NCBI GenBank assembly: GCA_017502465.1
Contig: JAFVUY010000130.1
Coordinates: 44,940-108,939, forward strand
DNA: 64,000 nt
Source of the DNA: Bacilli bacterium
GTDB taxonomy: Bacteria > Bacillota_I > Bacilli_A > RFN20 > CAG-826
Direction of reading: 5' to 3'
Of this stretch, positions 37,300-44,476 are shown in pieces (positions within the stretch are counted from its first letter, which is position 1; each line of letters begins with the position of its first letter). The position numbers and the translations under genes are program-made. The notes beneath the pieces were generated by a model. The model was not told the DNA's origin, made no database searches, and saw nothing but the letters and a program-made list of their open reading frames with translations.

Positions 37300-37564
37300 A
37301 CTTCTTGTTCATACGATTAAAGAATTCATCGCCATCCATACCTTTAGCGCCTTTTTCAATTTCATCAATTCCTTCATTAATTAAAGCAGCTGCTTGAACC
37401 TTAGCGAACAATTCTTCAAAAAGAGCAATGCTCATCATGACAGCTTCTCCATAACCGTTTCTAGTAATAACAATAGGAACTGGGCTTTCTTGGCATATTT
37501 TCATTATATTGGCTGTATTCTTAAGTTCATTAACTGGTAGTACCTTAGGTAACGCTTGTGTCAT
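37289..37564 (-). CDS. Phd/YefM-family type II antitoxin
   Basis: 91 aa. LPVNELKNTANIMKICQESPVPIVITRNGYGEAVMMSIALFEEL is the Phd/YefM N-terminal fold pattern. It is coupled to the parE-like frame. Confidence 0.8.
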   Translation of the reverse strand: MTQALPKVLPVNELKNTANIMKICQESPVPIVITRNGYGEAVMMSIALFEELFAKVQAAALINEGIDEIEKGAKGMDGDEFFNRMNKKYGK

Positions 37565-37595
37565 AGATAATCCTCAACTTTATTATGGCTTTATT

Positions 37596-37617
37596 ATACC
37601 ATATTTATACCATATTT
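37596..37617. promoter_or_regulatory. Tandem 11-nt repeat upstream of phd (candidate operator)
   Basis: ataccatattt occurs twice, head to tail, at 37596-37606 and 37607-37617. This is 32-53 nt upstream of the phd start. Confidence 0.35.
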
Positions 37618-37705
37618 CAATTGGAAGAATTATTTAATAATCAAAAATATTCAATTTTAAGTTTGAATGAAACTGTTATTTGACTAACACGTTTTTTCGT
37701 GGCAG

Positions 37706-37733
37706 CAAAACAAAAGCCCCGATTTCTCGAGGC
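37706..37733 (-). terminator. Rho-independent terminator downstream of tRNA-Ala
   Basis: In minus sense, the stem gcctcg/cggggc (one G-U pair) has a 6-nt loop and is followed by TTTTGTTTTG. Confidence 0.45.
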
Positions 37734-37803
37734 TATTCACTATCTAAACCTTCATTTCATTGTACCGGATTGGTCCAATAAATGGGGGGTATCTTCAAAT
37801 TTA

Positions 37804-37879
37804 TGGTGGATCCGACGAGGATCGAACTCGCTACCTCCTCCATGCCATGGAGGCGCTCTCCCAGGTGAGCTACGGACCC
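37804..37879 (-). tRNA. tRNA-Ala (anticodon GGC)
   Basis: The reverse complement folds as a 76-nt cloverleaf. The acceptor stem is GGGTCCG/CGGATCC with the G3:U70 alanine identity pair, the anticodon stem-loop is CCTCC-ATGGCAT-GGAGG, and the T-arm contains GGTTCGATCC-like GAGTTCGATCCTC. The 3' CCA is encoded. Confidence 0.9.
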
Positions 37880-37971
37880 ATAACCGCAAAAGAATAATAA
37901 TACCTTAACGAAATTAAATCAACATTTTTGTTGTTTATTAGACATAAACCTTTAAATATTTCTCCTTTCCG

Positions 37972-37999
37972 TTGACTTTTAAATACAAAGTGATAATAT
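37972..37999 (+). promoter_or_regulatory. Candidate sigma-A promoter for the antiporter gene
   Basis: The -35 is TTGACT (37972-37977), the spacer is 16 nt, and TGaTAATAT forms an extended -10 (hexamer 37994-37999). This would give a ~105-nt leader before the AGGAGG RBS. Confidence 0.35.
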
Positions 38000-38110
38000 T
38001 TATGCCGTTATTAAGAGTTAACCTTTGTAAAAAGCCTTTTGAAAACGTATATTGATAATCATTTCCAACAAGACTGATTAACTCAAAAAAACGAAACCTA
38101 GGAGGCTTTT

Positions 38111-39415
38111 ATGTCTATATCTGAAACCGGAAGTATTATATTAAGTTTATCTATTGCCCTATTAGCAGGATTGTTGTTATCTAGACTTGCTAAAAAAGTT
38201 AAATTGCCTGCAGTTACAGCCTATTTAATAGCAGGTGTACTTGTAGGCCCATTTTTATTAGGTTCTTTAAAGATTCCAGGAATTGGCATTACTCAATCAC
38301 AATTAGATAATTTAGGCTTTATCTCTGATTTAGCGTTAGGATTTATCGCATTCGCGATGGGTAATGAATTTAGATTATCTCAGCTTAAAAAAGTAGGAAG
38401 ACAGGCCGCGATTATTGGGGTGTTTCAAGCTATTTTTACCACGATTATTGTGGACGCTGCATTAATCGGTTTACACTTTATAATCCCAGAACATCTTTCT
38501 CTTCCTGCCGCAATTGTTCTTGCCTCTATTGCTACTGCGACTGCTCCTGCTGCTACATTAATGGTTATTAAGCAATATAAAGCAAAAGGGCCAGTTACTA
38601 ATGTCTTATTGCCAGTAGTAGCGTTAGATGACGCTGTTGGTTTAGTAATTTTTGCTATATCATTTGGAATTGCAAAATCATTAAGTTTAGGTAGTGTAGA
38701 TGTCTTATCTGTTGTTTTAGAACCTATTGTCGAAGTTGTCATGTCTCTTGCTTTAGGTTTTGTTATGGGATTTCTTTTCACATTTTGTGAAAGATTCTTC
38801 CATTCGCGTTCAAAACGTATGGCGGTCTCTGTAACTTTTGTTATGATGACAGTCGCATTATCTTGTATTAATTTTAAAATTGGTAATGTCCATTTTGCAT
38901 TTTCTTCACTTCTTTCATGTATGATGCTTGGCACGGTGTTTTGCAATATGTGCGATGTGTCTGAGGAACTTATGGAACGCGCGGATAGATGGACTGCACC
39001 TATATTAATTCTTTTCTTTGTTATTAGTGGAGCGAAATTAGACTTACTTGTCTTTAAAGAATGGCCAATTGTGTTGATTGGAATTGTATATATAATTTCT
39101 CGCTCTATCGGTAAATATTTCGGTGCAGGCATTTCTGCCTCTATAACTAAATCAGAAAGCAATATTAGAAAATATTTAGGTATTACTCTTCTTCCTCAAG
39201 CAGGAGTTGCTCTTGGAATGGCGATTAAAGCAATGGAATTAGGACCAGAAGGCGAAATTGTTCGTAATATCACACTTTTTGCAGTCCTTATTTATGAAAT
39301 TGTTGGACCATTCCTCACCAAACTTGCTTTAGCAAAATCAGGCGAAATCAAAGAAGAAGATAGAAAAAGCGCAAGAGATGAACATATCGCTAATAAAGCG
39401 CTAAATAACAAATAA
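38111..39415 (+). CDS. Cation:proton antiporter (CPA family, Na_H_Exchanger-type membrane domain only)
   Basis: 434 aa with ~12 TM segments. The N-terminal LLLSRLAKKVKLPAVTAYLIAGVLVGP is typical of KefB/NapA-like CPA2 antiporters. There is no TrkA-N domain. Confidence 0.75.
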   Translation: MSISETGSIILSLSIALLAGLLLSRLAKKVKLPAVTAYLIAGVLVGPFLLGSLKIPGIGITQSQLDNLGFISDLALGFIAFAMGNEFRLSQLKKVGRQAAIIGVFQAIFTTIIVDAALIGLHFIIPEHLSLPAAIVLASIATATAPAATLMVIKQYKAKGPVTNVLLPVVALDDAVGLVIFAISFGIAKSLSLGSVDVLSVVLEPIVEVVMSLALGFVMGFLFTFCERFFHSRSKRMAVSVTFVMMTVALSCINFKIGNVHFAFSSLLSCMMLGTVFCNMCDVSEELMERADRWTAPILILFFVISGAKLDLLVFKEWPIVLIGIVYIISRSIGKYFGAGISASITKSESNIRKYLGITLLPQAGVALGMAIKAMELGPEGEIVRNITLFAVLIYEIVGPFLTKLALAKSGEIKEEDRKSARDEHIANKALNNK

Positions 39416-39623
39416 TATTTCTTTCAATTATTAGAAATTTTGAAAAAAGTTGTTATAGTTTTAAGCGTTTTTCCCGTTAAACTAATAATAAATTTTATTC
39501 ATAAAAAGCTCTAAATATAACAAAAACGAGACGGTTGTTTATCTGAAACTCGTTCTCTATTAATATAACTTGGAGACAATTGACTAAAGGTCATTGTAAA
39601 TTTATTTTCCATAATATTCTTCT

Positions 39624-39674
39624 TTTTTTGTTAGGTTTGTTAGATTTAGTTTTTTGTTAGGTTTGTTAGATTTA
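39624..39674. repeat. Tandem 25-nt repeat (period 26) built from four TTTGTTAG sub-units
   Basis: ttttttgttaggtttgttagattta occurs at 39624-39648 and 39650-39674. The layout is iteron-like. It lies just upstream (minus sense) of a 33-codon orphan ORF at 39511-39612. Confidence 0.6.
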
Positions 39675-39909
39675 TGCGGTCACGAAAATGCTTGGGAATC
39701 AATATAAAAACCATGTCCAGATAGCTATGTATTTTTTGTCCATATACATTTCATCTTGGTTAGTCATTATTAAAATCGATTACAGCACTCCAAATCACAG
39801 GTGGGCTATCTAAGGTTGGGGGAGCAAACAAAAGCCAAACATTCCGTCACAAGTGGAATAATCTTTTCATAAGCAGTCCGACAGTTCAAACTGCTACGAC
39901 GAAATGACG

Positions 39910-39990
39910 TTAATAATATAAGGAAATGACATTCCCCTTTGAGTCGTTTTTCCATTTTAATAATTCAGAATATATTTTTCTTTTAAGCAT
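39910..39990 (-). pseudogene. N-terminal stub of an AAA/DUF4143-type ATPase gene
   Basis: MLKRKIYSELLKWKNDSKGNV resembles the conserved N-terminus of DUF4143 ATPases (..L..WK......). It then terminates after 26 codons. Confidence 0.3.
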
Positions 39991-40041
39991 TTGATTTACC
40001 TCAACATTATAATACAACGAATATATAACTTGAATTTGCAA

Positions 40042-40125
40042 AAAGTTAGGTTTATTGGGAATGAACACAATATGATACTTACAGTTCCATAGTGTATGTG
40101 CTAAACTAAATTCGTCTTTAGACAT
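40042..40125 (-). pseudogene. 5' fragment of an IS200/IS605-family tnpA (Y1 transposase)
   Basis: A GAAAGGAG RBS precedes ATG 40125. MSKDEFSLAHTLWNCKYHIVFIP matches the invariant TnpA N-terminus (SLAHTxWNCKYHIVFxPKYR). Similarity ends after ~24 aa, and hairpins lie upstream at 40211-40227 and ~40239-40257. Confidence 0.65.
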
Positions 40126-40265
40126 ATATCTCCTTTCAAATTAACGCGTTGGTCCGCATTGATATTGTAAGGAGATTTTATTTTGGGCAAAACTATAAGT
40201 TTTACCTCCACCCCAGACTATCTGGGGTTTTAACTCGCTCAGTTCCTTTCGGAAACTGGCTCAGA

Positions 40266-40298
40266 CAACAAAAACGAGACGGTTGCTATCGTCTCGTT
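40266..40298 (-). terminator. Rho-independent terminator after the ToxN-like gene
   Basis: In minus sense, a 9-bp stem (aacgagacg/cgtctcgtt, 40273-40298) with an 8-nt loop runs into TTTTTGTTG. It lies 28 nt after the stop at 40326. Confidence 0.6.
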
Positions 40299-40325
40299 AT
40301 CTTTAAGTGTCTTGGTGTAACTAAG

Positions 40326-40793
40326 TTAATAATTTAGATCATTTAACAAAATTTCATCAAAATATTTGAGAGTAGAAAACAGATATCTTCTAGCAATGTA
40401 TTCATTCCCACCATTCTTCATAAATGAAATATAGTCGGTTACGTACTTCTTGAATTTTTTGATAATGAAAAATGCTTTTTCTTGTAGTTCAAGGTATTCT
40501 TTGTCGTTAATATCGGCTTTTTCACCCAAATAACTATCATTAGATATCACTACCGCTTTGCTAAAATCGATACCAGTTGATGATTTGGTTTCGCGATCTG
40601 ATGTTTTAAATTTGTAGCAAAAAGAATGACGAATATTGGTTCTTAACGGAATTGCAAATTTTACATTATTAATTTCCACAAGCAAAACAACATAAGGCCT
40701 ACTTAATTTAGATTCCATCTCCGGAAATTCGTTGTGAGGATAAGCCTTATAAAACTCTTTTGATAGTTTTCTTAATTCTACGATTTTAGCCAT
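40326..40793 (-). CDS. ToxN/AbiQ-like type III toxin (putative endoribonuclease)
   Basis: 155 aa. SRPYVVLLVEINNVKFAIPLRTNIRH...STGIDFSKAVVI resembles the conserved core of ToxN/AbiQ/CptN-type toxins from memory. Its genomic context (a tandem RNA repeat plus hairpin immediately upstream on the same strand) is diagnostic. No obvious SD precedes the ATG. Confidence 0.65.
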   Translation of the reverse strand: MAKIVELRKLSKEFYKAYPHNEFPEMESKLSRPYVVLLVEINNVKFAIPLRTNIRHSFCYKFKTSDRETKSSTGIDFSKAVVISNDSYLGEKADINDKEYLELQEKAFFIIKKFKKYVTDYISFMKNGGNEYIARRYLFSTLKYFDEILLNDLNY

Positions 40794-40796
40794 AAA

Positions 40797-40823
40797 GATA
40801 ATAAAAGCTTGGAATATCCAAGC
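40797..40823 (-). terminator. Hairpin + T-tract between repeat array and toxin gene (attenuator)
   Basis: In minus sense, gcttgga-tat-tccaagc (7-bp stem, 40807-40823) is followed by TTTTATTATCTTT, which runs directly into the ATG at 40793. Confidence 0.55.
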
Positions 40824-40827
40824 AAGT

Positions 40828-40915
40828 TCGTTTGGGATTTCTTTTTAAGGTCTTACCCTCAGACCATATCATCGTTTGGGATTTCTTTTTAAGGTCTTAC
40901 CCTCAGACCATATCT
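40828..40915 (-). ncRNA. Candidate type III antitoxin RNA: 2 x 44-nt tandem direct repeat (ToxI/CptI-like)
   Basis: 40828-40871 and 40872-40915 are 43/44 identical (tcgtttgggatttctttttaaggtcttaccctcagaccatatc[a/t]) and no ORF covers them. The minus-sense unit is UGAUAUGGUCUGAGGGUAAGACCUUAAAAAGAAAUCCCAAACGA, with a GGUCU/AGACC stem and an A-rich tract. Confidence 0.7.
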
Positions 40916-40949
40916 ATCAAGAGGTTGCCCTTTTGATACTTTTATAATA

Positions 40950-40977
40950 CAAAATAAAACCCTATTTTTCAATAGGG
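40950..40977 (-). terminator. Rho-independent terminator after tRNA-Arg
   Basis: In minus sense, ccctatt-gaaa-aataggg (7-bp stem, 40960-40977) is followed by TTTTATTTTG. It lies 11 nt after the tRNA 3' end. Confidence 0.6.
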
Positions 40978-40987
40978 AATTAAGTTT

Positions 40988-41064
40988 TGGCGTCCCTGAA
41001 TGGATTCGAACCATCGGCAGACCGCTTAGGAGGCGGTTCCTCTATCCAACTGAGGTACAGGGAC
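40988..41064 (-). tRNA. tRNA-Arg (anticodon CCT)
   Basis: The reverse complement forms a 77-nt cloverleaf. The acceptor stem is GTCCCTG/CAGGGAC, the D-arm is CCTC-AGTTGGATA-GAGG, the anticodon arm is ACCGC-CTCCTAA-GCGGT and the T-arm is GATGG-TTCGAAT-CCATT. The discriminator is G and the 3' CCA is encoded. Confidence 0.9.
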
Positions 41065-41082
41065 GTCTCTAAATAGAATTAT

Positions 41083-42018
41083 TTAGATTTTGTTTTTCTT
41101 ATCAATTTCGTGTTTAAAGAATTCCACGACATCTTGATAAACAATTTCTCTATTCGTTTCATTTAAGATTTCGTGTCTCATTCCTTCATATAATTTTGTG
41201 TGAACACTTGTTAAACCTAAGCCTTTGTACATAGTTTCAAGTTTTTCAACATCTTTACCGAAGTTAGAAACTGGGTCTTCTTTACCAGAGATAATTAAAA
41301 CATCTAAATCTTTACGAATCTTTTGAAGGAATCTTTTCTTATATAAACGATTTAATCCTTTTAAAAATTCTAAACAGAAGCCATTTGTTGGTCCAAAACC
41401 ACATAATGGATCTTCGATATATTTATTAACGTTTTCTTCATTGTATGAAAGCCAATCAAATGGAGTTTTTGGATTTTCAATTCCTTTGTTAAAAGAACCA
41501 AACATTAATTTATTCATCAAACCAGCTTTTTTGTTTCTGCCTCTAAAGAAAGTAACACATCTAGATAATGGGTAAGCAATTTTAACAAGAGGATTTTTCG
41601 CCCCACTTCCGCATAAAACAACTTTAGAAACGTGATGGGTATATCTTTGCATAAAGTCTTGCGCCATAAAAGAACCCATAGAATGTGCGAAGATAAATGT
41701 TGGGCGGCAAGAAATACGTAATTCTTTAACCACTCTATCAACAGCTTGAACTTGTTTTCTAAAGCCTGATTTTGGCCAAATACCGACGTTGGAATAATCT
41801 GGTAAGACGTTTAAACCTTGTCCATATGGATCTAAACCATAAACATTAAATCCATTGTCCACTAAATAGTTTGCGAATTCATCATATCTATATGAATGTT
41901 CTTCCATACCAGGCATAATAATTACGTTTGCAAGTGCGTTGTCACACTTCCAATTTAAACCATATAAAACGTCTCCGTTTTTAAGTTTGATAGAAAATTT
42001 AATAGGTGTTGTACTCAT
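41083..42018 (-). CDS. Alpha/beta hydrolase (lysophospholipase/monoacylglycerol-lipase-like)
   Basis: It has the nucleophile elbow FAHSMGSF and the HG-type oxyanion region IIMPGMEEHS. ATG 42018 (MSTTPIKF) follows an AAGGAGA RBS. The longer track ORF would overlap galE. Confidence 0.75.
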   Translation of the reverse strand: MSTTPIKFSIKLKNGDVLYGLNWKCDNALANVIIMPGMEEHSYRYDEFANYLVDNGFNVYGLDPYGQGLNVLPDYSNVGIWPKSGFRKQVQAVDRVVKELRISCRPTFIFAHSMGSFMAQDFMQRYTHHVSKVVLCGSGAKNPLVKIAYPLSRCVTFFRGRNKKAGLMNKLMFGSFNKGIENPKTPFDWLSYNEENVNKYIEDPLCGFGPTNGFCLEFLKGLNRLYKKRFLQKIRKDLDVLIISGKEDPVSNFGKDVEKLETMYKGLGLTSVHTKLYEGMRHEILNETNREIVYQDVVEFFKHEIDKKNKI

Positions 42019-42028
42019 AAGTTTCTCC

Positions 42029-43045
42029 TTATTTATCAAATCCATTAGGATTATTTTTTTGCCAGTTCCATGAATCTCTACAAGCATCCACGATTGTGTG
42101 AGTTGCTTTCCAATTCATTTCTTCATATGCCTTAGTTGCATCAGCGTAGCTAGTTGCGATATCACCTGGTCTTCTTGGTCCAATTACATATTTAACTTCA
42201 ATATTATTAGCTTCTTCAAATGCATGGACTAATTCAAGAACGCTTGTGCCTTTTCCAGTACCTAAGTTATAGATAACTAAACCTGGGTTTTCATTTAATT
42301 TATTAAGAGCGGCGAGGTGTCCTAAGGCTAAGTCTACAACGTGAATGTAGTCTCTAACACCTGTACCATCAGGTGTATCATAGTCATCGCCGTAAACATT
42401 AAGATATTCTCTTTTGCCAACAGCAACTTGAGTAATATATGGCATTAAGTTATTTGGGATACCTTCAGGGTCTTCACCTATAAGACCGCTTTTATGGGCC
42501 CCGATAGGATTGAAGTATCTAAGAATAGCGATATTTGTGTCTTTATGTTGTTTGTTATAGTCGATTAAAAGATATTCTATATCTAGTTTTGTTTGACCAT
42601 ATGGATTTGTGCATCCTCCAACTGGATCAGTTTCTCTAAGAGGGACATGTTCTGCAAGTCCATAAACTGTCGCGCTGGAAGAGAAGACTAAATTCTTAAC
42701 TCCATATTCGTTCATAAGTTTAATTAATACTTTTGTAGAACCGATATTGTTATCGATATAAAGTTGAGGTTTTGCAACACTTTCTGAAACAGATTTTAAT
42801 CCCGCGAAGTGAATGACTGAGGTAATATTTTCTTTTTCAAAAACTTCTCTCATTTTTTCTTCATCTTGAACAGAAACCTTGTAAAACTTAGGTTTTTTGC
42901 CAGAAATTTGATAAATTCTATCTAAAACTTCAATTTTAGAATTGCAAAGATTATCAACAATAACAACTTCTTGATTAATCGCATGTAATTCAACAACTGT
43001 GTGTGAACCAATATAGCCGGTTCCGCCTGTAACTAAAATCGCCAT
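42029..43045 (-). CDS. galE: UDP-glucose 4-epimerase
   Basis: 338 aa with VTGGTGYIGSH, a YGQTK catalytic YxxxK and the typical GalE length. Confidence 0.9.
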   Translation of the reverse strand: MAILVTGGTGYIGSHTVVELHAINQEVVIVDNLCNSKIEVLDRIYQISGKKPKFYKVSVQDEEKMREVFEKENITSVIHFAGLKSVSESVAKPQLYIDNNIGSTKVLIKLMNEYGVKNLVFSSSATVYGLAEHVPLRETDPVGGCTNPYGQTKLDIEYLLIDYNKQHKDTNIAILRYFNPIGAHKSGLIGEDPEGIPNNLMPYITQVAVGKREYLNVYGDDYDTPDGTGVRDYIHVVDLALGHLAALNKLNENPGLVIYNLGTGKGTSVLELVHAFEEANNIEVKYVIGPRRPGDIATSYADATKAYEEMNWKATHTIVDACRDSWNWQKNNPNGFDK

Positions 43046-43051
43046 TACTAG

Positions 43052-44476
43052 TTATCTCCTTTTGAGTTCTTCAACAATCATTTTATTTGTAAGTGCTGGG
43101 TTAGCTTTGCCTTGTGATTTTTTCATTACTTGTCCAACAAGGAATCCAACCGCGCGATCTTTACCATTTTTATAATCCACTACTGATTGAGGATTCGCGT
43201 CAATAACTTCTTTAACTAAGCTTTCAATCAGTGATGTATCAGAAATTTGAGAAGCACCTAATGAATCAATAATTTTATTTATATCATCATCACTTTCAAG
43301 CATCTTATTAAAGACATCACGTGCTTGTTTATTAGAAATTTTGCCAGATTCAACAATTTTAATAAGTTCACCTAAACGAGTTGGAGAAATTCTAAATTGT
43401 TTAATTGAGATGTTTTGTTTATTTAAGATTGCTTGGACATCTCCAATAACCCAGTTAGCCACTAATTTATAGGAAGCACCTGTTTTTAAGGCTTCATCAT
43501 AATAAACAGATATATCCTTATCTGAAATTAAAATTGAGGCATCATAATCACTTAAACCAAGTTCTTTATATCTAATTAATTTAGATTCAGCGAGTTCTGG
43601 AGAGGTTTCAATCGCCTCTTTAACAAATTCGTCACTTAATTTAATAGGAGCGATGTTGGTTTCTGGGAAATATTTATAATCTACAGAGTCGGTTTTTACT
43701 CTCATTAAAATAGTTGATTTTGTGGCTTCGTCAAACCTTCTAGTTTCTTGGATAATTTCTTCGTTATTTAAAATCATCGCTTCTTGTCTTGCTATTTCAA
43801 ATTCAATCGCCTTTTGGACATTTGCGATACTATTCAAATTTTTAATTTCAACTTTCGTACCGAATTTTGTTTCTCCTATTTCTCTAAGAGAAATATTAAC
43901 GTCACACCTAAGGGAACCTTCTTCCATTTTGCCATCACTGACATCTAAAAATGAAACGATAGAGCGAATCTTTTCAACATATTTCGCAGCTTCTTCACCA
44001 CTTCTTAAATCTGGTTTTGAAACTATTTCAATAAGTGGAATTCCCGCGCGATTATAGTCTAAAAGCGAACAATCCCATGAGTGAAGTTGTTTACATGTAT
44101 CTTCTTCTAAATGGAGTCTTTCAATTCCAATTCTTTTAATTCCGTTAGAGGTTTCAATATCCATATATCCTTCATAACCAATAGGTCTATCATTTTGGGT
44201 AATTTGGAAACCCTTTGGAAGATCGCTATAAAAATAGTTTTTACGATCGAAATGTAAAACATTGTCTATAGACATATGAAGGGCGTTACTAACTCTAATC
44301 GCATTAATAACTGCTCTTTTATTAACAGTAGGAAGTGTGCCTGGGAAGGCTAAATCAACAGGAGAAAGAGAAGTGTTAGGTAATTCTCCATATGTGACTT
44401 TGGAGGCTGAAAACATTTTAGATTTTGTTTTCATTTCAACGTGGATTTCTAATCCAATAATTGCTTCAAACGCCAT
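43052..44476 (-). CDS. gatB: Asp/Glu-tRNA(Asn/Gln) amidotransferase subunit B
   Basis: 474 aa beginning FEAIIGLEIHVEMKTKSKMFS. It lies in gatCAB order. Confidence 0.95.
   Translation of the reverse strand: MAFEAIIGLEIHVEMKTKSKMFSASKVTYGELPNTSLSPVDLAFPGTLPTVNKRAVINAIRVSNALHMSIDNVLHFDRKNYFYSDLPKGFQITQNDRPIGYEGYMDIETSNGIKRIGIERLHLEEDTCKQLHSWDCSLLDYNRAGIPLIEIVSKPDLRSGEEAAKYVEKIRSIVSFLDVSDGKMEEGSLRCDVNISLREIGETKFGTKVEIKNLNSIANVQKAIEFEIARQEAMILNNEEIIQETRRFDEATKSTILMRVKTDSVDYKYFPETNIAPIKLSDEFVKEAIETSPELAESKLIRYKELGLSDYDASILISDKDISVYYDEALKTGASYKLVANWVIGDVQAILNKQNISIKQFRISPTRLGELIKIVESGKISNKQARDVFNKMLESDDDINKIIDSLGASQISDTSLIESLVKEVIDANPQSVVDYKNGKDRAVGFLVGQVMKKSQGKANPALTNKMIVEELKRR

Noticed and set aside
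37699-37908. A 69-aa plus-strand ORF
   Set aside because: It runs antisense straight through the tRNA-Ala gene and its terminator, so it is a spurious ORF.
38425-39162. A 245-aa minus-strand ORF inside the antiporter gene
   Set aside because: It is entirely antisense to a well-supported 12-TM transporter gene, has no RBS and has low-complexity Ile/Thr/Ala composition that mirrors the sense-strand hydrophobic codons. It is a shadow ORF. The same applies to the other short track ORFs nested antisense in larger genes (for example 3467-3670, 20643-20987, 43722-44057, 44337-44747, 53658-53972 and 58837-59280).
39511-39612. A 33-codon minus-strand ORF (MENKFTMTFSQLSPSYINRERVSDKQPSRFCYI) downstream of the TTTGTTAG repeats
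   Set aside because: It is too short, I recognise no motif, and it reads through a terminator-like hairpin. It is probably the truncated 5' end of a lost gene. It is mentioned in the islet finding but not called as a gene.
40149-40337. A 62-aa plus-strand ORF
   Set aside because: It spans the IS200-type hairpins and the toxN terminator, begins with a non-ATG start, has no RBS, and I recognise nothing in the protein.
39624-40915. A possible CRISPR array, suggested by the tandem repeats at 39624-39674 and 40828-40915
   Set aside because: Each locus has only two units, and these are directly abutting or separated by 1 nt, so there are no spacers. The units are 25 and 44 nt without the typical repeat-spacer periodicity, and no cas genes are in the window. 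The second pair is better explained as a type III antitoxin RNA.
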